From the IMG/VR virus record IMGVR_UViG_3300030433_001432, positions 1 through 43,271 of that record: a DNA stretch of 43,271 bases; one strand, 5' to 3'. Below are positions 35,222-43,271 of this stretch, piece by piece. Every line of letters starts with the position of its first letter. Position 1 is the stretch's first letter. Source of the DNA: a virus. Lineage: Duplodnaviria > Caudoviricetes. The notes beneath the pieces were generated by a model. That model did not search any database, was not told where the DNA came from, and saw nothing but the letters and a program-made list of their open reading frames with translations. The position numbers and the translations under genes were made by a program.

Positions 35222-37330
35222 CTATGTTACATCCGTTATTATTCCAGCTATTAAATTTTGCAATGCTGTAGTATTTTTAAAACTCTCAGGGTCACTTGCA
35301 AGAGCTGTATTAACAATAGATGCTATTCTATCTTTTTCACTTTCTGCTGTTCTAAAAACAAAATCAGCATTATCTCTTAATTCTTGCCATAAAAATGCTT
35401 GAGCTTGACTACTAAGATTAAAAGCATTTTGTGCATTCTGTAAGTTGACTGCATTTTGTGCTGCAGTATTTGCAGTGTTTGCTTGTCTTCGCCATTGAAC
35501 ATTACTGGCTTCAACAGCAGCAGTATTCTGTGCATTCCATTGATTTCTAGCAAAATCTTGGTTAGCATTAAATTGGTCTATCTGAGTTTGTAATTGAGCA
35601 TTTAATCTATTTACATCTGCAATTCTACCTGCATTTCTAGCTGCAGCAGCATTAGCTTGAGTAGCATTGAATTGTGAAGTAGCTGCCTGTTGTGCTGAAT
35701 TAAACTGTGACATTTGTGCTGCTAAATTAGCCATAAATTGTTCAGTTTGATTTTGAGTCGTAGCATTAAACTGTGCAGCAGCATTTGTAGCAGCTTGATT
35801 CGATAACATTCTTTGTTGTTCTTGTTGAGCTTTTAATACATTTACCTGCTGAGTTGCATTTAAATTAGCTAAATCTGTTTGTAAAAAAGCTTTAGCATTT
35901 TGTATAGCTAACTTTGTATTAGCATCAGCTTCTACTAAATTAGCTTGTGATTGTAACACTGCATTTTGAATAATTCCTTGTTGTTCATTTGTTGCATCAG
36001 TTAATGAAACAGTTTGAAAAAATTTACTGTTTGACAACTCTGTTTGTTGGTCAGCGTTAAACTGAGCCATGTTTAAACTAAATACATTCTGAGCATTTTG
36101 TAATGCTGTTTGCTGTCTTAACTGAGCATTAGCTAAAGCTTCTTGACTTATTAAAGTTTTTTCTTGAGCTACTGATTGTTGGATAGCTTGAGCATTTGCT
36201 TGAGCTAAAGGCACTGCTGATTGTATTATAGCATTTACTAAATTATCTCTACCAACCGTAGAAGCTTCTAAACCTCTTTGTGCTAACATTTGTTCTACTG
36301 CTGATACTGCAGGTCTAGCCCACGTAGGTATTTCACCACTTTCGATACCTTTTAATAAAGTATCCATCTGATTACTTACTAATGCTTCTTGTGGTAAACC
36401 TTCAATAACACCTCTTTGTGCTTCAGTAAAATCAGTTAGCCTGTCTTCTAATGCTTCAGGATTATCACCTAACTGAGTAATTGTTTGTTCATCTAATCCA
36501 GCAGTTCTTAATTGTTTTTTAGCTCTAGTAACTCTTGCTAAAGTTGTACCACTTGCTTGAGCTGCAGTAGCTGTAGCTTGTGGACTTAACTGTCCTACTA
36601 CTCTTTGAGCAACTGCTCCTTCTTTTACTTGTACTTTTGCAGGGTCAATAGTAGGTATTCTCTGCACTCCTGCAGTTTTTGCTAATTCATCTTCTGATAG
36701 TGTTGTTTGTGCAGCAGTGACTGTAGGAGCTTGTTCAACTTGAGCAGGTTGTACTGTAGCTGCCGGTGCAACTGTTGGAGTTGGTGCAACTGTTGGAGTT
36801 TCTGCAGTGGTTACTTGTTCTTGTGGAGCTTGTGCAACTTGAGTTGTTCCAACAGTAGTAGGTGCAGACATAGTAGTACCTTGTTGTTGGATGCCAGTAT
36901 CTACTTGTTGAACAGCAGGTATTTGACCAGCAACAGGAACTTGTCCTGCTGCAGCACCTGCTAGTGCCTCTCTATTAGCTTGTTCTTGTTGAGGAGTTAA
37001 TCCAACATTATCTTTTTCAGATGCTCCTTTTACTGCTGTTTTTACTTTTTTAAATACTTTTTTTATTGGCATGTTATTTCCTGTTGTTGGTTGTGCTACA
37101 AATATAGGTGCTGGAGCTATTGGTGATGCTATTGGTTTAGGAGCTGGTCCAGATGTAAAACCCGGATTAAAATTAGCCATATCAAAAGCAGCTAATCCTA
37201 TATCACCATCGCCTATTGCATATCCTCCAGAAAGAAACTCTTGTCTTGGACCGTCTTTAGAAACTTGACCACCTTTGCGATAGTCTTGACGTTCAGAAGT
37301 AGTACCTGCTCTTTTGTACTTTTTCTTCAT
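35222..37330 (-). CDS. Putative internal virion protein, Q/N/A-rich
   Basis: 702 aa with repeated QFNA helical motifs and a P/T/A-rich linker. Confidence 0.75.
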   Translation of the reverse strand: MKKKYKRAGTTSERQDYRKGGQVSKDGPRQEFLSGGYAIGDGDIGLAAFDMANFNPGFTSGPAPKPIASPIAPAPIFVAQPTTGNNMPIKKVFKKVKTAVKGASEKDNVGLTPQQEQANREALAGAAAGQVPVAGQIPAVQQVDTGIQQQGTTMSAPTTVGTTQVAQAPQEQVTTAETPTVAPTPTVAPAATVQPAQVEQAPTVTAAQTTLSEDELAKTAGVQRIPTIDPAKVQVKEGAVAQRVVGQLSPQATATAAQASGTTLARVTRAKKQLRTAGLDEQTITQLGDNPEALEDRLTDFTEAQRGVIEGLPQEALVSNQMDTLLKGIESGEIPTWARPAVSAVEQMLAQRGLEASTVGRDNLVNAIIQSAVPLAQANAQAIQQSVAQEKTLISQEALANAQLRQQTALQNAQNVFSLNMAQFNADQQTELSNSKFFQTVSLTDATNEQQGIIQNAVLQSQANLVEADANTKLAIQNAKAFLQTDLANLNATQQVNVLKAQQEQQRMLSNQAATNAAAQFNATTQNQTEQFMANLAAQMSQFNSAQQAATSQFNATQANAAAARNAGRIADVNRLNAQLQTQIDQFNANQDFARNQWNAQNTAAVEASNVQWRRQANTANTAAQNAVNLQNAQNAFNLSSQAQAFLWQELRDNADFVFRTAESEKDRIASIVNTALASDPESFKNTTALQNLIAGIITDVT

Positions 37331-37338
37331 ATACTATT

Positions 37339-37581
37339 CTACCTTAATTCAAATAGTTTGTCAAGCTTTTCGTCTAACTTATCTAGCCTATCTACTAAGT
37401 CTTTCATAACTGCTCTGGACTCGTCTTTTGTTACATAATCTTTAGCTATCTCTTCTCTAGTTTTATTTAACAAAATATCAATACGTTTATTTTCTTGAGA
37501 GTTTTGTCGAATGTTGTAGAGTATTGGAGCTAAGACTAATGTTATAAAAGCATTCCAAATCAGGTACGAAGATATTTCCAT
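37339..37581 (-). CDS. Small TM plus coiled-coil protein
   Basis: N-terminal hydrophobic helix; C-terminal DRLDKLDEKLDKL. Confidence 0.7.
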   Translation of the reverse strand: MEISSYLIWNAFITLVLAPILYNIRQNSQENKRIDILLNKTREEIAKDYVTKDESRAVMKDLVDRLDKLDEKLDKLFELR

Positions 37582-37582
37582 A

Positions 37583-37906
37583 TTAGCCCACCTGTTTAGT
37601 TTGAACTGTTGGTGTAACTAACTCAGCTATAGTTGCATCAATACTATCTTTTTTAGCTTGAATTTCTTCTTCGCCCATAGCATCTTCAACCCAACCTTGT
37701 ACATCGCTTACAGTTAAGTCTGCAAAGGCTGTGAAGTCTGATAAGTCTGAAGTGTCTAATGATTGTGTGCCATATACTGTAGCAGATTCATCATTAGCAT
37801 CATCAGTTCCAGTAAGTCTCCAGTGGACATTAAAGACAGTATCAGCGTTGCCGTCTATTTCTTTAACATCTACAGTGCTTACATTCCATGTATAGTTAAT
37901 TGCCAT
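37583..37906 (-). CDS. Tail-fibre-associated hypothetical protein
   Basis: INYTWNV, VHWRLTGTD and VQGWVE motifs; directly after the tail fibre. Confidence 0.7.
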   Translation of the reverse strand: MAINYTWNVSTVDVKEIDGNADTVFNVHWRLTGTDDANDESATVYGTQSLDTSDLSDFTAFADLTVSDVQGWVEDAMGEEEIQAKKDSIDATIAELVTPTVQTKQVG

Positions 37907-37908
37907 TT

Positions 37909-40900
37909 TTATTCTCCTTTAAGTGTGTTAATTTCAGATTGTAAGGCTTCAATCTGTTCTTGTTGTTCTTGAATAGCTTTTATTGCTTTCATAAATAAAA
38001 TACTATATTTAACTCCTTTATACTCTGTATCTTCACTTTCAGTTACAAGACCACTCATTCCAGCTTCTTCTAATTCTTGAGCTATAACACCTATATGAGT
38101 TTCTCCTGTAGAATTTAAAGTGTATTTTCTTACTTTTACTTTTTTAATATCTTCAAGCTGTGAATTAGCATCAACGATATTTGATTTTAGTCTTTTATCA
38201 GATAAAGCACCATAAGAATTATTAGTATTTTCTATATCGCCATCACCTCTAATAGCTATTCTTAAAGTTGTACCTGAACCATAACCAAGAATAAGAGAAT
38301 TACTTGCACCACCATCTCCTCTTGAAATATTTAAAGGAACTGAACCACTTTTATAAATAGTATGACCACTATTATAAGCTGATGTTACTCCTACCAATAA
38401 ATTACCAGAAGTATCAAGAGCCATAGAATTAATTTGATTCTGTCCATCGTTTTCTAATTGATACCAATTAAAAGTTCCACGAGCTGATGAAGAACCCCAA
38501 GACCAAGACCTTGCACCATCATTGTAATAATCTACTGCTGTAGCGTTGAATGCTCCATCAGTATAGCTTCCTGCAGCTCCTAAAGTTGATAAAGCTCCAG
38601 TAGAAACAAGAGGTCCAGTTACGTTAAATTTTTGTCTTGGTGAAGTATTTCCAATACCAACATTACCTGAACCATCAATACGCATTCTTTCTGAACTATT
38701 TGTAGTGAAGTTAATGTATCTATTACCAACCGTTGTAAAACCTAAGTTTGTGGCATTTCCTAATATTCCTGCCATAGTAGTTCCGTCATCTTTAAATACA
38801 ACTTGTCCACCTGTTGTATTACTTAAACTTAAAGTTGAATAACCTGAATCGTTAGTAGGAGAAGTAGTTCCAATACCAACATTACCAGAAGAATCAATAG
38901 TAACTCTATCACTACCGCCAGTTTTAAAATCTATCTGGTCATCAGTATCTGCAGTAATAGAAGTATCACCATCATCATCAAGAATAAGTTCTGTACCATT
39001 TAAGTCAATCTTACTACCAGCTAAAACATTAAAGCTATTAGCAGTCATAGTAAAGTCTTCTGCACCTGCTATATCAAATCTAATAGTATCTTCATCAGTG
39101 CTTTCTTCTACTTGAATCTTAGTATCGTTATCAGCATCTTGTAAGATAGCTGCACTGTTTACTGAAGCAGAAGCCATTGACACTACTTCAATAGATACTC
39201 CGTTTGCCGGAGCTGTAGCGAATGTCAAAGTTGTACCACTTATAGAGTAAACACTTTTCTGTTGATATACACCTGATAAATAAACTTGAGTATTGTTTTC
39301 AGTAAGTGGTTGTCTTGATAAAGTAAATGTAGTATCTGAACCATCACCAGTAAATGAATCAACAACTAAGTCTGTAGCTGCTGTTACGTTTGTAAAAGTA
39401 ATACATTCAACTGCTGTGCCTGTTGGTGGAGCAGCACTAAATGTTAAAGTTGTACCAGAAACTGAGTAAGTTGATTTATGTTGAACAACACCATCAATAG
39501 TTACAAAAGTTTGATTTTCAGATATTGGTGCAACACTTAAAGTTAAAGTAGTGTCAGAGCCATCTCCAGTCATAGTATTAACAACTGGAGCAGTACCAAC
39601 AATACCGCCTTCAAGTTGGAATACTTCTATAACTCTACTATTAACAGGAGCTGTGGCAAATGTTAAAGTAGTGCCGGATACTGAGTAAACATTATCAGCT
39701 TGATAAACACCATCAATAAATACAATAAGTCCATCTTCACTGGACATAGTTTTAGTTAAAGTAAATGCTGTAGTAGAACCGTCACCGGTAAAAGTATTCT
39801 TAGCAAATTCAGAAGTACTGCCAGAACCACTACCGCTTCCAGAAGAAGCAAAGGTAATACTATCCCCTGAAGCATCAGTAGTAATTGTCATACCACTTCC
39901 AGCTACTAGTGTTAAAGTATCAGTAGTGCTATCAGCAACTACGTTAGATTGTCCACTAACAGCAATAGTAGAGAATAAGTTTTGACTACCACCACTACCT
40001 GAAGAGGCAAAAGTAATTGTATCACCAGAAGCACTTGTAGTAATAGTCATGTTACTACCAGCTACTAAAGTAAGTGTATCAGTAGCACTGTCAGCAACAA
40101 CATCATCCTGACCAGAAACAGATATAGTTTTAAATGCTTCTGATACTGAACCACCACCTGTAACACTAAAGTCTAATGTGCCATCAGAGTCTTCATAAGT
40201 TACAGTAATATTAGATTCAGTATTACCAGTTACCATAGCACCTACTGTATCTTGAATAACCTCTGTTAAGTCTATGTTGGCAGTACCATCAAAAGATACA
40301 CCGTGAATAGTTCTAGCAGTTGCTAATGCTGTAGCCGTAGCTGCGTTACCAGTAATATCACCAGAAGTAAGTGCAAGTGTACCTGTAGTTGCAGGAAGTG
40401 TTAAAGTTATATTACCACTAAATGCTGAGTGAGCTGGTGCTTGTAATCTTGCATAGTGAGCATTTGAAGACTCACAATAAAAATCTATGTATGATTGTGT
40501 ACCACCATTTTTAATAGAGATAGCACCTTGAGAAATCTGTACTCCATTAGTAGAACCACCACCGATTCCTAATGAAGTTGTAACTTGCGTAGCTGCTGGA
40601 AGACCAACAGTAACTGTACCAGAACTTTCTGCAACTTCTACTTCATTGGAAGTTCCTTGTATAGTTAGTGTGCCACCTAGAGCAACTGCAGTACTGTTTG
40701 AACCATCACTAATAGTTACACTAGAGTTAGCTAATTTAGAGTTAGCAATAGAACCTGCTAACATTGCATTAGTAATAACACCTGAACCAATTACAAAGTC
40801 TAAAGTATTATCACTGTCATCATACGTTACTGATATTCCAGTTTCAGTATTAGAGCCAACCATAGCTCCAACAGTGTCAGAAATAGTTTCTGCTAAAGTT

Positions 40901-42246
40901 GTACCATTAATTGTAATCGCATCTGCTTCTAGTGTACCATCAATATCTACATCACCAGATACATCTAAAGTAGCAGCATCAAGTTCACCTGTGATAGTGA
41001 TGTTTCTTGCACCAGTAAAGTCTTTGTTACTATCTACTACAATAGCTTTAGAAGCTTCTACAGTTCCTGCTGTAGCTACATCAACGTAGTTTAATTCAGT
41101 TGTAGTTGCAGTAACACCATCAAGTAAATTTAATTCTGTAGCAGTACTAGTAACTCCGTCAAGAATATTTAATTCAGCAGTTGTGGATGTTACACCGTCA
41201 AGTAAATTTATCTCAGTTGCTGTAGCTGTAACACCATCTAAAATATTTAATTCTGCAGCAGTTGAAGTAACTCCATCAAGAATGTTTAGTTCGGCTGCAG
41301 TACTTGTAACAGTTGTACCATTTATAGAAAGTGCATCAGTTTCTAACGTGCCATCAATATCTGCATCACCTGAAATATCTAGAGTAGCTGCATCTAACTC
41401 GCCAGTAATAGTAATATTACGACCACCAGTTATATCTTTGTTAGAGTCAACAACAATAGCTTTTGAAGCTGATACAGTTCCAGCAGTTACACCATCTATA
41501 GTTTCTAATTCTGCTTCGCTTATATCTGCTGAACCAATAACAAAACTTGTACCAGTAATAGTTGTACCAGTAATAGCTGCTGCACTTGAACCACCAATAA
41601 CAGCACCATCTACTGTACCACCATTTATGTCTGCAGTATCAGCAACAAGACTATCTATGTTTGCAGTGCCATCTATAAATAAGTTTCGCCACTCTTGTGA
41701 AGAACTACCTAAGTCATAAGTGTCATCATCATCAGGAATAATACTTGAGTCTACATCAGCTCCAAAGACTACGTTATCAGTAGCTGCATCACCCATAGTA
41801 ATTGTACCACCATTAAAAGTTGTAGTACCTGTGACTGTTAAATTACCACCTACATCTACATTACCTGTAGTAGTTATAGAGTCTGTAAAAGTATCTTTAA
41901 AACGTAATGAAGTTGTTCCTAAATCTATATCACTATCAGTAACAGGAACAATAGCACCATCTTGTATTCTTATTTGTTCTACAGCAGCAGCAGAAACTTC
42001 TACATAAAATCCTAATCTATTATTTGAACTGTCAACTTCTATTTTATTTAAGAAGTCTAAGTCACCAATTTTAAATATGTTACCACCTTGTCCAGCAGTA
42101 CCATCGTGTCTGTGTCCAGTAGAACTAGCACTACTAGAAGAATATGCGAAAGCATTTACTAATTGATTATATTCATCATTAAACAAAGCTGCGGTAATAG
42201 TATCACCGTCTGCAAAAGTACTTTGTCTTATATAAGCTTGTGCCAT
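37909..42246 (-). CDS. Tail fibre with C-terminal intramolecular chaperone (peptidase S74)
   Basis: G/T/S/D-rich repeats; GNVGIGTTSP motifs; C-terminal SDKRLKSNI...GVIAQELE plus coiled coil. Confidence 0.9.
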   Translation of the reverse strand: MAQAYIRQSTFADGDTITAALFNDEYNQLVNAFAYSSSSASSTGHRHDGTAGQGGNIFKIGDLDFLNKIEVDSSNNRLGFYVEVSAAAVEQIRIQDGAIVPVTDSDIDLGTTSLRFKDTFTDSITTTGNVDVGGNLTVTGTTTFNGGTITMGDAATDNVVFGADVDSSIIPDDDDTYDLGSSSQEWRNLFIDGTANIDSLVADTADINGGTVDGAVIGGSSAAAITGTTITGTSFVIGSADISEAELETIDGVTAGTVSASKAIVVDSNKDITGGRNITITGELDAATLDISGDADIDGTLETDALSINGTTVTSTAAELNILDGVTSTAAELNILDGVTATATEINLLDGVTSTTAELNILDGVTSTATELNLLDGVTATTTELNYVDVATAGTVEASKAIVVDSNKDFTGARNITITGELDAATLDVSGDVDIDGTLEADAITINGTTLAETISDTVGAMVGSNTETGISVTYDDSDNTLDFVIGSGVITNAMLAGSIANSKLANSSVTISDGSNSTAVALGGTLTIQGTSNEVEVAESSGTVTVGLPAATQVTTSLGIGGGSTNGVQISQGAISIKNGGTQSYIDFYCESSNAHYARLQAPAHSAFSGNITLTLPATTGTLALTSGDITGNAATATALATARTIHGVSFDGTANIDLTEVIQDTVGAMVTGNTESNITVTYEDSDGTLDFSVTGGGSVSEAFKTISVSGQDDVVADSATDTLTLVAGSNMTITTSASGDTITFASSGSGGSQNLFSTIAVSGQSNVVADSTTDTLTLVAGSGMTITTDASGDSITFASSGSGSGSGSTSEFAKNTFTGDGSTTAFTLTKTMSSEDGLIVFIDGVYQADNVYSVSGTTLTFATAPVNSRVIEVFQLEGGIVGTAPVVNTMTGDGSDTTLTLSVAPISENQTFVTIDGVVQHKSTYSVSGTTLTFSAAPPTGTAVECITFTNVTAATDLVVDSFTGDGSDTTFTLSRQPLTENNTQVYLSGVYQQKSVYSISGTTLTFATAPANGVSIEVVSMASASVNSAAILQDADNDTKIQVEESTDEDTIRFDIAGAEDFTMTANSFNVLAGSKIDLNGTELILDDDGDTSITADTDDQIDFKTGGSDRVTIDSSGNVGIGTTSPTNDSGYSTLSLSNTTGGQVVFKDDGTTMAGILGNATNLGFTTVGNRYINFTTNSSERMRIDGSGNVGIGNTSPRQKFNVTGPLVSTGALSTLGAAGSYTDGAFNATAVDYYNDGARSWSWGSSSARGTFNWYQLENDGQNQINSMALDTSGNLLVGVTSAYNSGHTIYKSGSVPLNISRGDGGASNSLILGYGSGTTLRIAIRGDGDIENTNNSYGALSDKRLKSNIVDANSQLEDIKKVKVRKYTLNSTGETHIGVIAQELEEAGMSGLVTESEDTEYKGVKYSILFMKAIKAIQEQQEQIEALQSEINTLKGE
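41074..41307 (-). repeat. 39-nt coding tandem repeat (about 6 x TSTAAELNILDGV)
   Basis: Visible in the tail fibre translation. Confidence 0.85.
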
Positions 42247-42248
42247 AA

Positions 42249-43271
42249 TTATCTCCTACCTGAAGGTATAAAGTCTACATAAAGTCCATTAACTGTGTAG
42301 CTTGGTTTTGTATCATTACTTGTTACTGTAAAATTATTACTTGTACCACTGCCTTGTAATGGTACTCTTATCATTGGATTATTTTGTCCAGCAAATTTGT
42401 TTGTGTTAAATACTGCATCACCGAATAAAGAAGGTGGGTTTATAATTCCTAAATCAAATAAATCTGTTGGTTGTGGTACATCTGAACTGTTGTAATCAAA
42501 TTTAATTTGTACATCAGGTTCTACAATACCCTCTGTTGCCATAGAAACTCTAAGATAGTGTAAAGTTTTTAAAGTTCCTAAATCACCATAGTCATAGTCT
42601 GGTGTGGTATATCTTGCTAAAATAGCAGTGCCATTAAAGTCATTACCACTATCATGTAAATAAACATTACCATTAGTATCACCATGATAATATTGTTCAA
42701 TACCGCTACTATCAAAACCAGAACCAATAGCAGTAACTTCTAATCCTCTAGTCTCTGACCATTCAAAACCGTTAGGTCTCAGTGTACCGATAATACCTCT
42801 TTGTGTAGTATCATCAGCTCCAGTATTTGTATAAAATAATCGGTACTGTGATTTTTCTCTAAGAACAACACTACTAATAACAAATTGATTTACAGTCTCT
42901 GCTAAATCACTAACAAGATTTTGTATGTTACTACTAACAGTTCCTAACTCCACATCTCCAATTCTTGCTGTACCAGCTACTGTTCTCAATCCATCTGGTG
43001 CTAAAAATATTAAGTCACCAGCAATCTCTTGAATACTATGACCACTTAAACAACCTACGTTTTTAGTAACTGGTACTACAGCTATCGTACTAGAATTGTT
43101 TATATTCTGTAGTTTAAATATTGAGTTTTCACAAAATATAAATAATTCGTTACGGAAACTTTTAATACCTTTTATTTGGTCTTCTAAAGCAATCGAACCA
43201 GAACCAGTGCTAGTAAAATCTGTTGGGTCTAAAGTACCACTAAAAAATACAGTATTTAAATTATCTTCAAC
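42249..43271 (-). CDS. Tail protein (tubular/nozzle-like), 5'-truncated at window edge
   Basis: The frame is open to the edge (VEDNLNTVFFSG...IQEIAGDLIFLAPDGLRTVAGT); beta-rich; upstream of the tail fibre. Confidence 0.75.
   Translation of the reverse strand, partial: VEDNLNTVFFSGTLDPTDFTSTGSGSIALEDQIKGIKSFRNELFIFCENSIFKLQNINNSSTIAVVPVTKNVGCLSGHSIQEIAGDLIFLAPDGLRTVAGTARIGDVELGTVSSNIQNLVSDLAETVNQFVISSVVLREKSQYRLFYTNTGADDTTQRGIIGTLRPNGFEWSETRGLEVTAIGSGFDSSGIEQYYHGDTNGNVYLHDSGNDFNGTAILARYTTPDYDYGDLGTLKTLHYLRVSMATEGIVEPDVQIKFDYNSSDVPQPTDLFDLGIINPPSLFGDAVFNTNKFAGQNNPMIRVPLQGSGTSNNFTVTSNDTKPSYTVNGLYVDFIPSGRR

Noticed and set aside
40646-42007. Long plus-strand ORFs antisense to the tail fibre (also 34914..35402)
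   Set aside because: Typical antisense open frames caused by codon bias in repetitive T/A/G/V-rich genes
1-43271. tRNA or rRNA genes
   Set aside because: No cloverleaf with T-loop and acceptor stem was recognised in the intergenic gaps by eye; tRNAscan was not run

Overview
This window is part of an AT-rich tailed phage genome, probably a marine podovirus. It has a T7-like replisome but no RNA polymerase in the window, an architecture reminiscent of SIO1/Zobellviridae-like phages (inference). It has three blocks. (1) A minus-strand packaging arm (1-8512) with a putative small terminase, a cluster of small K/R-rich proteins, an IscU Fe-S scaffold, large terminase and portal. (2) A non-coding control region (8513-9205) with divergent sigma70-type promoters and repeated palindromes, followed by a plus-strand early/replication arm (9206-25628): ArdA, many small ORFs, DenV-like glycosylase, SSB, primase-helicase, PolA, two PD-(D/E)XK nucleases, DUF3310, and NrdA/NrdB with a c-type cytochrome gene between them. 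(3) A convergent minus-strand lysis/virion arm (25759-43271): 3-TM holin, MscS-like mini protein, M15 endolysin, large internal virion proteins, tail fibre with S74 chaperone, and a tail protein. Main findings: a glutamine (glnA-type) riboswitch-like RNA with a 66-nt structured insertion in P3, directly upstream of a YRG-repeat peptide missed by the ORF track; a ~210-nt multi-stem RNA with a compact H-type pseudoknot at 15234-15445; a promoter-to-terminator ~85-nt sRNA candidate; a recurrent R-x5-GG motif across unrelated late proteins; an ART-like domain on the largest virion protein; and IscU and cytochrome c auxiliary genes. All family calls come from motifs recognised by eye; no searches were run.
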